Assembly (NCBI GenBank): GCA_044221725.1
Contig: JBGAON010000003.1
Coordinates: forward strand, 352,001 to 416,000
Reading direction: 5' to 3'
DNA length: 64,000 bases
DNA from: Elusimicrobiota bacterium
GTDB lineage: Bacteria > Elusimicrobiota > Elusimicrobia > F11
Within the stretch, counting starts at the first letter, position 1; the number at the start of each line of letters is the position of its first letter. The notes under the pieces were generated by a model. It was given only the letters and a program-made list of their open reading frames with translations, searched no databases and had not been told where the DNA came from. Both the position numbers and the translations under genes were made by a program. Below are positions 1 to 11,134 of the stretch, piece after piece.

Positions 1-772
1 TGCCGATGCGCAAGTCGAAGGCACCCGATGAATAATCAAGATACGCGTCTCGGAATTCCAGTTCGGATTCCAAATCGTCCTTCTCGAGCCCTTTCTTTTT
101 CCGTTCGTCGTTGTTGTTCGCAACGGCCGTGTCGTAAAACGCGTGCTCGGATAATCTCAGTTGCAGCGCCTCGTTCACTTCGAACGATTGGTTCAGAAGG
201 AGTCGCGTGCGATTTTTTGTGAATTGACGCGGTTCGCTGATGCGATACGCTACTTCCTGTCGAACGCTTCCTCCGAAATGAAAACGGTCCAAAAAGGGGG
301 AGGCTGTTTCATTAACGTAAGACGACGTTTGTTTTGGTGGTGGGGGTGGCAAAGCGGCAGGTTTTCTTTCGGCTTTTTTTGCCGGCGGCACCGCCATCGC
401 TGGAGGCAACGCCTTTTTCTGAGCTTCTTTGCGCGCCCGATCGCATTCGGCGTGCAACGCTTTTAGTTTTCGTGCGTATTTTTTGCGCGCTTCATTTATT
501 TTTTCATTTCGGCTGGATTCCGAATCGTTCATCGACTTCAGGCTTCTGCGGGATGCCTTTTTTTTATCGGCATTGAAATTGTCGAGCAGAATCTTTTCGT
601 TTTCGCGGCAATTTTCATTTACCTCGTCTAGCGCTGGGTTGTGGTGGGATGACTTTGCTTGCGCGTGGCTGCATTCGAAAAACGTCAGTAGGAATAACGC
701 GAGCAGTGGCACTGCGCACGATTTAAAAATGTGGGCAGGATTAAGCGGCGGGTCTTGCTTCGTTGGCGTCAT
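1..772 (-). CDS. Outer-membrane beta-barrel/porin-like protein (DUF1302-like), N-terminal part; truncated by the window start
   Basis: Manual translation of an open minus frame from ATG 772 (or GTG 712) to position 1: signal-like PLLALFLLTFFECSHAQA, a Lys-rich helix, a Pro-rich linker, then FHFGGSVRQEVAY...ELEFRDAYLDYSSGAFDLRIG, typical of porin strands. Absent from the ORF track because it has no stop in the window. Confidence 0.65.
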   Translation of the reverse strand, partial: MTPTKQDPPLNPAHIFKSCAVPLLALFLLTFFECSHAQAKSSHHNPALDEVNENCRENEKILLDNFNADKKKASRRSLKSMNDSESSRNEKINEARKKYARKLKALHAECDRARKEAQKKALPPAMAVPPAKKAERKPAALPPPPPKQTSSYVNETASPFLDRFHFGGSVRQEVAYRISEPRQFTKNRTRLLLNQSFEVNEALQLRLSEHAFYDTAVANNNDERKKKGLEKDDLESELEFRDAYLDYSSGAFDLRIG

Positions 773-1232
773 CGGCTTCCTTCGCTTTCTTTTTTGAGGC
801 GAGGCGGGTATCGATGACCTTTTGGATACGATCTTGAATGTTAGGGATTTTTCGGGAAATCGAACTCATCGATTCGTGGGACAAAATAAGCAGTTCAGCA
901 CCTTGGTCGCTCGTGGTTACTGTGGCGGTCGCCGACGTGGGGCGAAGCAGCGAAATTTCACCGAAATAGGCGCCCGCTTGCAGTTCGGCGAGGGTAATTT
1001 TCTGGCCCTTATTCTTTGTTGTGATCACGACGCCGCCTTTTCGAATGATGTAAAGGCGGTTCGCAATCTCGCCCTGAAAAATTATCGTTTTGTTCGGGCC
1101 GGTTGTCGCCTTCTGAAGCGACAGCAAGATGTTTTCAAGTTCCGTTTCGGGGACCGTCTCGAGGAAGTCAATTTTTTTCAGCAATGAAACGGTGCTTACG
1201 TATTCTTTTGGATCGAGGTCTATTAACTCCAT
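741..1232 (-). CDS. Stand-alone cyclic-nucleotide-binding (cNMP) domain protein
   Basis: IIFQGEIANRLYIIRKGGV...YFGEISLL...SATAT motif; ATG 1232 lies 6 nt after TATACT. Confidence 0.85.
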   Translation of the reverse strand: MELIDLDPKEYVSTVSLLKKIDFLETVPETELENILLSLQKATTGPNKTIIFQGEIANRLYIIRKGGVVITTKNKGQKITLAELQAGAYFGEISLLRPTSATATVTTSDQGAELLILSHESMSSISRKIPNIQDRIQKVIDTRLASKKKAKEADDANEARPAA

Positions 1233-1276
1233 AATGGAAGTATAAGGGGCAAAAACCAAAATGCTAACCTCTATTT

Positions 1277-1999
1277 ATGATTTTTGCTTTGTATCACAGC
1301 GCCGGCGAAACCGTTGGTTTGATCGGAGACGTTCTTAAAGAATTGCGCCTGCCGTTCAAAGCCGTCCATTTGTACGAGGGCGAAGGTTTGCCCCGCGATA
1401 CGAGCGATTTGGAAGGCTTGATTGTTATGGGCGGCCCAATGAACGTGGATGATGTTGATAATTATCCGTTCCTACTTCCCGAAGTTCAACTCATTGAAAA
1501 GATTTTGCATGAGAAGAAACCCGTTCTTGGAATTTGTCTCGGCGCGCAACTTATGGCCAAGGCCTTGGGAGAAAAAGTCTTCGCGAACGGAACGAAAGAA
1601 GTGGGCTGGCATCCGATAAAGCTCACGGAGCATGCAAAAGACGATCTGCTTTTCAAAAAATTCCCGAGCTCCGTCAACGTGGTTCATTGGCACGGCGACA
1701 CGTTTAATGTTCCGAGCGGTGCGGTCCATCTGGCGGAAACCGACACGTGTAAAAGCCAAGCGTTTCGTTGGGGCGAGAAAGCTTACGCTCTCCAATTTCA
1801 TTTCGAAGTGACTCCGCCGATGCTTCAAAGCTGGTGCGAGGCAGCGTCCGAGCAGAATTTCATTAAAGCGGCCGGCGAGGACGCCCAGCAGATTGTTGCC
1901 GTGACGCCCGATGAATTCGATGACTTGGAACCGTTGGCTCGCCAATTTTTCTCTTCCTACTTTAAATCCGCCTACAGTCACCTTCTTGCGACGGTATAG
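1277..1999 (+). CDS. Class I glutamine amidotransferase (GMP-synthase-like)
   Basis: LIVMGGP, PVLGICLGAQ (catalytic Cys), WHGD and QFHFE motifs. Confidence 0.9.
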   Translation: MIFALYHSAGETVGLIGDVLKELRLPFKAVHLYEGEGLPRDTSDLEGLIVMGGPMNVDDVDNYPFLLPEVQLIEKILHEKKPVLGICLGAQLMAKALGEKVFANGTKEVGWHPIKLTEHAKDDLLFKKFPSSVNVVHWHGDTFNVPSGAVHLAETDTCKSQAFRWGEKAYALQFHFEVTPPMLQSWCEAASEQNFIKAAGEDAQQIVAVTPDEFDDLEPLARQFFSSYFKSAYSHLLATV

Positions 2000-2014
2000 C
2001 CGTTCCTTCTCTAA

Positions 2015-2902
2015 ATGAGTTTTCGTAGCGGGTACGTCAGTGTCATCGGCTGGCCGAACGTTGGCAAATCGACACTGGTTAACACATTCCTCGGAGCGAA
2101 ACTTTCCATCGTGTCGCCGCGCCCGCAAACCACGCGCGAATCAATTCTCGGAATTTTGAACGAGCCCGACTTTCAAATGATTTTCGTCGATACGCCCGGG
2201 TGGCTTGAACCCAAAGATTCGTATCAATCGTTTATGAAACGCGCCATCGTTCGCTCAATGTATGACGATGCCGACGAGATCGTATGGTTGCTTGAACCCA
2301 AACCCTTCACCGCCGAAGACGCGGCCTTCGCCGATAAACTTCAAAAGACCACGAAACCCGTCATCGTCGCCGTGAACAAGATGGATTTGGCCGGCAGTCA
2401 GCCGCACTTCGAAAAAATTCGAGCGGAGCTGACCGACCGTTGGGGGAACGACGCAACTGTTTTGGGAATTTCGGCGAAGAACGGAGTTGGCCTTTTGGAA
2501 TTGAAAGGCGCGCTGTCGTCGCGTTTGCCAATCGCCCCGGCTTTCTTTCCGACCGATCAAATCACCGATCGCTGGGAGCGATTTTACGTGGCGGAACTTA
2601 TTCGCGAGCAGATATTCAAACACTATAAAGAGGAAGTGCCGCACGCGTGTTTGGTGACGGTGGAAGAATTCGTTGAGAAGCCGGGTCGTAAGGACGTTAT
2701 TCGCGCGAATATCATCGTTGAAACCGACGGACAGAAAAAGATTGTCATCGGAAGCCACGCAGCGGCGATCAAGTCCCTTGGACAAGCATCGCGCAAAGAA
2801 ATCGAAGCGCAGCTGGGGCGTCCGGTGTTTTTGGAGCTCAATGTGAAGGTGCACAAGAACTGGCGCAACGACGCTGGATTTCTAAAAAAGTTAGACGAAT
2901 GA
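2015..2902 (+). CDS. era: GTPase Era
   Basis: GWPNVGKST, PQTTR, DTPG and NKMD motifs; C-terminal KH domain. Confidence 0.97.
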   Translation: MSFRSGYVSVIGWPNVGKSTLVNTFLGAKLSIVSPRPQTTRESILGILNEPDFQMIFVDTPGWLEPKDSYQSFMKRAIVRSMYDDADEIVWLLEPKPFTAEDAAFADKLQKTTKPVIVAVNKMDLAGSQPHFEKIRAELTDRWGNDATVLGISAKNGVGLLELKGALSSRLPIAPAFFPTDQITDRWERFYVAELIREQIFKHYKEEVPHACLVTVEEFVEKPGRKDVIRANIIVETDGQKKIVIGSHAAAIKSLGQASRKEIEAQLGRPVFLELNVKVHKNWRNDAGFLKKLDE

Positions 2903-2940
2903 TTTGTCGCCCCGGCATTATTAGCACTCGGCCTTTCCGC

Positions 2941-2969
2941 TTGACAGAAATAAATCGCGCTTCTATAAT
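2941..2969 (+). promoter_or_regulatory. Consensus sigma70 promoter of groESL
   Basis: TTGACA (2941-2946), 17-bp spacer, TATAAT (2964-2969). Confidence 0.9.
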
Positions 2970-3062
2970 ACCGCCATCTTAAAAACGAACCGGGCGTTCT
3001 GCTCGGGTCACCATCCGACGGAAAATAGTCGTTCCAAAGGATGGTTTTTTTGGATTCTAAAA

Positions 3063-3089
3063 TTAGCAGTCCATTTATGGAGGTGCCAA
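3063..3089 (+). promoter_or_regulatory. CIRCE-like (HrcA) operator overlapping the groES Shine-Dalgarno
   Basis: TTAGCAGTC-N9-AGGTGCCAA versus consensus TTAGCACTC-N9-GAGTGCTAA (8/9 and 6/9); a perfect left arm TTAGCACTC also sits at 2921-2929. Confidence 0.6.
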
Positions 3090-3091
3090 TT

Positions 3092-3406
3092 ATGGCAGAC
3101 GCAGTATTGAGCGGCGTGAAAATCACGCCTCTTGGCGATCGAGTTCTCGTTCGCCCGGCAGACAAAGGTGAAACACGGAAAAGCGGCATTATTATTCCCG
3201 ACACGGCGAAAGAAAAGCCGCAGGAAGGAAAAGTGGTCGCGGTGGGCAAAGGCAAAGTGACCGACGAAGGAAAAGTGTTGCCAATGGACGTAAAAGTGGG
3301 CGACCAAATCCTTTACGGGAAATATTCGGGCACGGAAATCAAATTGGACGACCAGGATCACCTGATTCTTCATCAGGACGACATTCTTGGCATCGTGTCG
3401 AAATAA
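3092..3406 (+). CDS. groES: Co-chaperonin GroES
   Basis: [35 protein letters not shown] before ATG 3092. Confidence 0.98.
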   Translation: MADAVLSGVKITPLGDRVLVRPADKGETRKSGIIIPDTAKEKPQEGKVVAVGKGKVTDEGKVLPMDVKVGDQILYGKYSGTEIKLDDQDHLILHQDDILGIVSK

Positions 3407-3420
3407 TTAGGAGGAAATGA

Positions 3421-5079
<1,659 letters not shown>

Positions 5080-5105
5080 ACAAAAGTTCTAGAAAAAAGT
5101 AACTT

Positions 5106-5212
5106 ACGCGTCATTGTGAAGACGTCATCCTGGAATGTCTCTATCCAGGATCCAAGTTAAAATGGGCCCTGGATTAAAACATTCCAGGGCGACGACCTTC
5201 GCAATGACGCGT
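5106..5212. repeat. Nested CGTC-type palindromic (REP-like) element; probably also the groEL terminator
   Basis: Outer IR ACGCGTCATTGTGAAG / CTTCGCAATGACGCGT enclosing inner IR CGTCATCCTGGAATGT / ACATTCCAGGGCGACG; T-run follows; the inner element recurs at 11729-11810. Confidence 0.8.
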
Positions 5213-5225
5213 TTTTGTTTAACCT

Positions 5226-7982
5226 ATGACCGAACCTCTCTCATCAACCTACGATCCAAAAAACGTTGAAGCCCGCTGGTACGACGTTTGGGACAGCGCT
5301 GGCTATTTCCAGCCCGCCTCCGCTGAAGCTACGGCGGGCAATCCCGCGCCAAAACCTTATGTGGTTGTAATTCCTCCACCAAACGTGACGGGCTCCTTGC
5401 ACATGGGGCACGCGCTGAACAACACGGTGCAAGATATTCTTGTGCGGTATCACCGAATGAAAGGCGACGCCGTCGAGTGGGTGCCCGGAACCGATCACGG
5501 TGGAATTGCAACGCAGAACGTTGTGGAAAAAATTCTGCTCAAAGAAAAGATTTCGCGTCATGACTTGGGTCGCGAAAAATTCCTCGAGCGCATGTGGGCT
5601 TGGCGCAAAGAAGCGGGCGACAACATTCTCAATCAACTGAAACGGCTCGGCGCATCGCTCGATTGGACTCACTACCGATTTACAATGGACGAACAATGTT
5701 CGCGCGCCGTGCGCTACGCGTTCGTCGAACTTTATAACCGCAAACTGCTTTATCGTGGCAAGCGCCTCGTGAACTGGTGTCCGCGCTGTATGACGGCGCT
5801 CGCCGATATTGAAGTGGAACACAACGAGACAAACGGCCATCTGTGGCACATTCGCTATCCCATTGCTGAACGTCGCAAAGAAAAACGTATTCCCGCGAAA
5901 AAGTCCAAACAAAATCCTTTTTATGAACAGGGGTGTGTGATTGTTGCCACGACGCGTCCCGAAACTTTGCTTGGCGATACCGCCGTTGCCGTGAATCCGA
6001 AAGACAAGCGGTATAAAGATGTGATCGGCGCCACGATCAAATTGCCGCTCACCGATCGCATAATTCCTGTGGTGGCCGACGATGTCGTTGACAAAAATTT
6101 TGGTTCCGGCGTCGTGAAAGTGACACCGGCGCACGATCCGACCGACTTTGAAATTGCGGAGCGCGCGAAGCTGCCGCACGTCACCGTCATCGGATTTGAG
6201 GGAAAAATGACGGATGCGGCCGGTGCCAATTTCGCTGGCATGGACCGTTTCGATGCGCGCAAAAAAGTTGTGGAAGAGCTGGAAAAGGCGGGGCTGCTCG
6301 AGAAAATTGAGGATTACAAACTGTCCGTTTCGGTTTGCTACCGCTGCGATTCCATTATCGAGCCACTCGAATCCGAACAGTGGTTTCTTTCGATGGCGAA
6401 CATGTCCAAGAAAGCGCGCGAAGCCAACAAGAAAGGGAAGATGAAAATCGTCCCGGAAAGTTGGGAGAGCCCGTATCAACTTTGGTTGCGAAATCTGAAA
6501 GACTGGTGCGTGTCGCGTCAGATTTGGTGGGGACACCGAATTCCTGTTTGGTATTGCGCCGACAAGAAATGTCCGCCGGTGGTGTCGCTGGAGGATCCAA
6601 CGTCGTGCCCAACCTGCAAAGGGGAAAAGTTGGAGCAGGATCCCGACGTTCTCGATACCTGGTTTTCCTCGGCGCTCTGGCCATTTTCTGTGTTTGGATG
6701 GCCCGAACAAACGCCCGACTTGAAAAGATTTTTCCCAACGTCCACCCTCGTTACCGGCCACGAGATCCTCTATTTGTGGGTTGCGCGCATGGCGATGTTT
6801 GGCATCGAGTTCCTTGGTAAATCACCGTTTGAGCATGTGCTCATTCACGGCATTGTGCGTGACAAGAAAGGTCGCAAAATGTCGAAGTCGCTTGGGAACG
6901 TAATCGATCCGTTGGAGCTCATTGCCGAATTTGGTGCGGACGCGGTGCGATTTTCGCTCGCACAGTCGGCGGCGCCCGGTCGCGATATGCAGATTTCGAA
7001 GGAGAACTTCGTTTCGGCACGAAACTTTTCAAACAAGATCTGGAACGCCACGCGCTTCGTTTTGATGCGTCTCGGTGAGATGAATCAGATAACTCCGGTG
7101 ACGCCGCAAACACCGGGACTCGAGTTGGCCGATCGGTGGATTCTGAATCGGTTCAATGAAATCATTGCAGAGACAACGGAAGCGATCGACCGGTTTGACT
7201 TGGACACGGCAGCGCGCGGCCTTTACGATTTTTTCTGGTCAGACTTTTGTGACTGGTATTTGGAAATGGTGAAGCCACGCGTCGATCGTGAACATTACGC
7301 GGATCACGTCGTTGGTCCCGAATCCACCGAAACAGCGCGCAATGTGCTTGCCACGGTGCTCGAGGGCACCGTGAAGCTGCTTCATCCATTTATTCCGTTC
7401 ATCACCGAAGAGCTCTGGGAGAAAATCCCGAAGTCTGCGAACCCATCCACGCATGTGATGAAAGCGCCATGGCCGGTCCCCACCGCTATATATAAGGATG
7501 CTGCAGCGGCCCAGGCAATGACCGTTCTGCAAGAGATCGTAACGAAGTTGCGTACGATTCGCAGCGAAATGAATATTCCACCGAGTCAGCCGATCGAAGT
7601 TCTCGTGAAAACAGGTTCGGATTCGACGGCCGCTTTAATCGATCGTCAAACGACGATTCTTAAATGCCTGAACAGCCGGGTCGGAAAGATTCAAATGAGC
7701 AAGGAGTTGCAGCGCCCGAAAGCATCGGCCGCGGCCGTTGTCCCTGGGGCCAATCTGTACGTGCCGCTCGAGGGGCTTATCGATTTTCCAAAAGAACGTG
7801 CTCGGCTTGAAAAAGAACTTGCGAATCTACGGATGGACGCTGAGCGTTTGACCAAAAAAATGTCGAACCCGGATTTCATTACGCACGCGCCAAAAGAAGA
7901 AGTTGAGAAAGCCAAAGCGCGACTTGATGAATCGCACGAACGCATCCGTCACCTCGAAGGAAACATCGCCACGCTCTCGTAA
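5226..7982 (+). CDS. valS: Valine--tRNA ligase
   Basis: PPPNVTGSLHMGH, KMSKS, DVLDTWFSS; C-terminal coiled coil. Confidence 0.98.
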   Translation: MTEPLSSTYDPKNVEARWYDVWDSAGYFQPASAEATAGNPAPKPYVVVIPPPNVTGSLHMGHALNNTVQDILVRYHRMKGDAVEWVPGTDHGGIATQNVVEKILLKEKISRHDLGREKFLERMWAWRKEAGDNILNQLKRLGASLDWTHYRFTMDEQCSRAVRYAFVELYNRKLLYRGKRLVNWCPRCMTALADIEVEHNETNGHLWHIRYPIAERRKEKRIPAKKSKQNPFYEQGCVIVATTRPETLLGDTAVAVNPKDKRYKDVIGATIKLPLTDRIIPVVADDVVDKNFGSGVVKVTPAHDPTDFEIAERAKLPHVTVIGFEGKMTDAAGANFAGMDRFDARKKVVEELEKAGLLEKIEDYKLSVSVCYRCDSIIEPLESEQWFLSMANMSKKAREANKKGKMKIVPESWESPYQLWLRNLKDWCVSRQIWWGHRIPVWYCADKKCPPVVSLEDPTSCPTCKGEKLEQDPDVLDTWFSSALWPFSVFGWPEQTPDLKRFFPTSTLVTGHEILYLWVARMAMFGIEFLGKSPFEHVLIHGIVRDKKGRKMSKSLGNVIDPLELIAEFGADAVRFSLAQSAAPGRDMQISKENFVSARNFSNKIWNATRFVLMRLGEMNQITPVTPQTPGLELADRWILNRFNEIIAETTEAIDRFDLDTAARGLYDFFWSDFCDWYLEMVKPRVDREHYADHVVGPESTETARNVLATVLEGTVKLLHPFIPFITEELWEKIPKSANPSTHVMKAPWPVPTAIYKDAAAAQAMTVLQEIVTKLRTIRSEMNIPPSQPIEVLVKTGSDSTAALIDRQTTILKCLNSRVGKIQMSKELQRPKASAAAVVPGANLYVPLEGLIDFPKERARLEKELANLRMDAERLTKKMSNPDFITHAPKEEVEKAKARLDESHERIRHLEGNIATLS
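5313..5339 (-). repeat. Palindromic repeat copy in frame inside valS (encodes PASAEATAG)
   Basis: Reverse complement GCCCGCCGTAGCTTCAGCGGAGGCGGG matches 23146-23172 at 24/27 nt. Confidence 0.75.
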
Positions 7983-8069
7983 TTACTTCCGATTTTCACC
8001 TTGAAATCGGCAGTGCCCGCCTCTAAACTTCAAGTACGCAGTAAGAAGCTCAAGTGAAGAAGGGAAATC

Positions 8070-8708
8070 ATGACGAAAAAGGCGCGAGAAGACCTGCTGA
8101 AAATTAGCGAGATGGCCCAAAAGGCGGATGTCTTGGTTTCTACGATCCGCTATTACACCGATATCGGCTTGCTCAAAGCCGCGATGACCACCGAAGGCGG
8201 TCATCGACTCTACGAAGAAGCGCCCACCATGGATCGGCTGAACAAAATTAAAAAGATGGTTTCGAAAGGTATGACACTGCCGGAAATTCAATCTCAAATT
8301 GAACAAGAAGTCTCAACGAAAAAAATTCTTGTCGTGGACGATGAGCCGGAGATTGTGGATTTCATTAAAGATTTGTTGGCCGACACCGTGCCGCACCAAT
8401 TTGAAACAGCGTCCGAAGGTTTTTCAGCGGGACATTTGGTTCACACGTTTGCGCCGGACTTGGTCATTCTCGATTTGCTGCTTCCGGGCGTCGACGGATT
8501 TCAAGTGTGCCGCATGATTCGTGAAGACGCCGAGACGAAGAACACAAAAATTTTGGCGGTGACCGGATACGATTCCGCCGAGATCAGAAACAAAATTATT
8601 GAGTCCGGCGCCGACGATTATTTGGGGAAACCGCTCGACTACAATCAAACGATCGAAAAAATTTGCAAGTTGCTCGGCGTCAAAGCCAACAAGCCCGCCA
8701 AAAAATAA
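8070..8708 (+). CDS. MerR-type HTH fused to a C-terminal response-regulator receiver domain
   Basis: ISEMAQKADV.VSTIRYYTDIGLL...GGHRLY; then ILVVDDE, LVILDLLLPGVDG, ILAVTG, YLGKP. Confidence 0.88.
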   Translation: MTKKAREDLLKISEMAQKADVLVSTIRYYTDIGLLKAAMTTEGGHRLYEEAPTMDRLNKIKKMVSKGMTLPEIQSQIEQEVSTKKILVVDDEPEIVDFIKDLLADTVPHQFETASEGFSAGHLVHTFAPDLVILDLLLPGVDGFQVCRMIREDAETKNTKILAVTGYDSAEIRNKIIESGADDYLGKPLDYNQTIEKICKLLGVKANKPAKK

Positions 8709-8803
8709 TCCTTTCTTTTAATCTTCGTCGATAATAAGTTATAGTTCGCTGCCAGTTTATGGCGGGAGTGTTACGCCGGACTGCAAAATCTCTAGGAGGA
8801 AAC

Positions 8804-9061
8804 ATGGCACGAAAAGTGAACAAAGCATTCATGAAACCACTCCAGCCGTCCGACGCGTTGGCCGAAGTGGTGGGAAGCAAAGCGCTTCCACGCACCGAAG
8901 TAACGAAGAAACTTTGGGCATATATTAAGAAGCACAAACTTCAGGATCCGAAGAACAAAAGAAATATCAATGCCGACGAAACGCTTAAAGAAATTTTCGG
9001 CGGAAAGAAAACCGTCAATATGTTCGAAATGACGAAGCTCGTTGGAAAGCATCTTAAATAA
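8804..9061 (+). CDS. Stand-alone SWIB/MDM2-domain protein
   Basis: FMKPLQPSDALAEVVG...RTEVTKKLWAYIKKHKLQD...VNMFEMTK; AGGAGG RBS. Confidence 0.93.
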   Translation: MARKVNKAFMKPLQPSDALAEVVGSKALPRTEVTKKLWAYIKKHKLQDPKNKRNINADETLKEIFGGKKTVNMFEMTKLVGKHLK

Positions 9062-9086
9062 CCTCGAGTAAAACCGTTTCTCAAAT

Positions 9087-9130
9087 CAAAGCGCGTCCCC
9101 CGAAGCTTAAGCATAGGGGGACGCGCTTTG
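9087..9130 (+). terminator. Hairpin/terminator containing a variant of the GTAGC/GAAGG repeat
   Basis: CAAAGCGCGTCCCCC / GGGGGACGCGCTTTG 15-bp stem around GAAGCTTAAGCATA. Confidence 0.7.
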
Positions 9131-9142
9131 TACTTTACACCC

Positions 9143-9916
9143 ATGAAATTTGAAAACAAAGTGGTCGTGATCACCGGCGCTTCGAGCGGCATTGGCGAGG
9201 AACTCGCTTTTCAGCTCGCAAAAAAGAAGGCGAAGGTTGTTTTAGCGGCGCGTCGCGGCGAATTAATTGAGCAGCACGTGGCGAAAATTCGCGCGGAGGG
9301 TGGCACAGCCATTGCGGTTCCCACCGACGTGTCCCGCCGGTTTCAAGTCGAAATGCTGATGCAGCGCGCTGTGGCGGAATTTGGATCGCTCGACGTGTTG
9401 ATTAACAATGCCGGCGTGTCCCCAGCGAAAGGCACAATTCTTGAAAACAGTGAAGAAGACGTGCGACGCGTCATGGAAACGAATTTCATGGGCAGTTTGT
9501 ACGGCGTTTGGGCAGCAGCGCCGCACATCGAGAAGGCCGGCGGCGGGCAAATCGTTTTCGTTTCATCTATTATTGGCAAGCGCGGAATTCCATTCAACGC
9601 GGCCTATTGTTCATCAAAATTTGCGATTCAAGGTTTAACCGAATCAATTCGGCAGGAGCTGGCACGAAAGAAAATCCGGGTGATCAACATTTGTCCGGCA
9701 GGTGTGGATACCGATTTCTATAAAAACAACGACAAAGGCACGCGGCGCCAATATATTCTTCACAGCGTTGAAAAAATTTCGCGCCGTATCATCCGCGCCT
9801 GTGAAAAAGAAAAGCGCGAAGCGTTGCTGACCTGGGACGCGGTGTTGCTCAAGTGGTTGCACTTTTTTATTCCCGGCATCATGGACCGGGCGATTGCGAA
9901 GGCGAAGGGAGTTTGA
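9143..9916 (+). CDS. Short-chain dehydrogenase/reductase (SDR)
   Basis: TGASSGIG, NNAG, YCSSK (YxxxK). Confidence 0.93.
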   Translation: MKFENKVVVITGASSGIGEELAFQLAKKKAKVVLAARRGELIEQHVAKIRAEGGTAIAVPTDVSRRFQVEMLMQRAVAEFGSLDVLINNAGVSPAKGTILENSEEDVRRVMETNFMGSLYGVWAAAPHIEKAGGGQIVFVSSIIGKRGIPFNAAYCSSKFAIQGLTESIRQELARKKIRVINICPAGVDTDFYKNNDKGTRRQYILHSVEKISRRIIRACEKEKREALLTWDAVLLKWLHFFIPGIMDRAIAKAKGV

Positions 9917-9918
9917 GA

Positions 9919-10521
9919 ATGATCGAGTTCTTGAAGTCATTTTGGTCGAAGCTGAGCAGCAGCAGATCGCGCAATCCGAACGCGCCTTCGGTTTTACGCA
10001 AAGCCGGCGTTGCGAACGATGGTCCACCCGACACGTCGCTGCGCGATCCGGTCACCGGTTTGTACAACCGCAAACACTTGGTCCATCGGCTCGATGCCAA
10101 TATGGCGCGTTTGAGCCGCAGCAAAAAAGAAAAGATGGCCGTCATACTTTGGGACATCGACGGGTTCGTTGATTTCAATAACCGCTTCGGCCAAGAAGAA
10201 GGCGACAAATTTTTGAGAAAGGTAGCCGAAATTATTCATCGGTCCATTCGGTCGTACGATGAAGGGTTCCGCTCGGGCGGCGATGAGTTCTGTGCGTTGC
10301 TCATTCCATCGGACGAAAAAGTCGCGAAAGAAGTGACCGAGCGTGTGCGCCAAGCCGTTTCAAAAGATTTGTTTCAAGAAAACGCCGAGTACGCGGGGCG
10401 GCAATTCTCAATTTCATCGGGCCTGGTTTTCCACCCGGGCGCGTCGCAGGTGCCGGAGGCGTTGTTGCACGAGGCAAGGCAAGAATTATATAGGAACCGA
10501 ATGAAGCCGGTTCAGGGTTAA
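9919..10521 (+). CDS. Diguanylate cyclase (GGDEF domain)
   Basis: DPVTGLYNR, DIDGFVDFNNRFGQEEGD, RSGGDEF. Confidence 0.9.
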   Translation: MIEFLKSFWSKLSSSRSRNPNAPSVLRKAGVANDGPPDTSLRDPVTGLYNRKHLVHRLDANMARLSRSKKEKMAVILWDIDGFVDFNNRFGQEEGDKFLRKVAEIIHRSIRSYDEGFRSGGDEFCALLIPSDEKVAKEVTERVRQAVSKDLFQENAEYAGRQFSISSGLVFHPGASQVPEALLHEARQELYRNRMKPVQG

Positions 10522-10538
10522 TAATAGGACGAACATAT

Positions 10539-11045
10539 ATGAAAGATTCTCATTACATTATTCTCTTCACAGCGGTTGGTCTCGCGTTGGCCTTTGTGGT
10601 ATCCAAGCCGCTTCGCCAGCCCGCCAACACGATGCCGCGCGTGGGTACGCCGATGTCCTCCATGGAAGAAAAGCCCGCTGTTGCTGAGAAAGAGGCGCGC
10701 GTCTATGCCGAAGGAACGATTGCTTTGGGAGGCGGCATCAGTGAGCAAAAAGCCGCGAACGAAGTGTTGTTTATTTTTGTTCGTCCGGCCGTGGATGGGA
10801 AGGTGACTGCGGGCGGGCCGCCGATTGCTGTGAAACGAATTCCGTCTCCGATTTTCCCATTGAACTTTTCGCTCACGAACGCGAACAACATGATCGGCAC
10901 CGATTTCTACGACGGTGATATTGCTGTGGTCGTGCGTCTGGATGCCGACGGAATGGCGGGCCCCAAGCGTGCCGATGATACCGAGGTATCGTCTCTCGTC
11001 AGCGCGAAAGGTCCGCGCGATATTCAAATAACGCTGTCCCGCTAA
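10539..11045 (+). CDS. Membrane-anchored protein with a CcmI/CycH C-terminal-like Ig domain
   Basis: N-terminal TM; VLFIFVR...PPIAVKR...FPLNFSL...VVVRLDADG pattern. Confidence 0.6.
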   Translation: MKDSHYIILFTAVGLALAFVVSKPLRQPANTMPRVGTPMSSMEEKPAVAEKEARVYAEGTIALGGGISEQKAANEVLFIFVRPAVDGKVTAGGPPIAVKRIPSPIFPLNFSLTNANNMIGTDFYDGDIAVVVRLDADGMAGPKRADDTEVSSLVSAKGPRDIQITLSR

Positions 11046-11098
11046 GCGCTCTCTCCTGTAGTTTCTCCTATGAAAATTGCACGCCGTTGCTGTCCAGC

Positions 11099-11127
11099 TT
11101 GACAACCCTACAAATGTAGGGTATATA
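11099..11127 (+). promoter_or_regulatory. lexA promoter with a palindromic operator (candidate SOS box)
   Basis: TTGACA 11099-11104 followed by ACCCTACA-AA-TGTAGGGT (11105-11122), which fills the spacer. Confidence 0.7.
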
Positions 11128-11134
11128 GCTTTCC

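Noticed and set aside
5865..5935. Lys/Arg-rich insertion in ValRS (AERRKEKRIPAKKSKQNPFYEQG) as a repeat or intein
   Set aside because: No palindrome or intein motifs; lies in a variable loop
5244..6761. Long antisense ORFs (e.g. 505 aa opposite valS, 334 aa opposite groEL, 365 aa opposite rpsA, 351 aa opposite the porin)
   Set aside because: Shadow frames of well-identified genes caused by codon bias; no recognisable motifs
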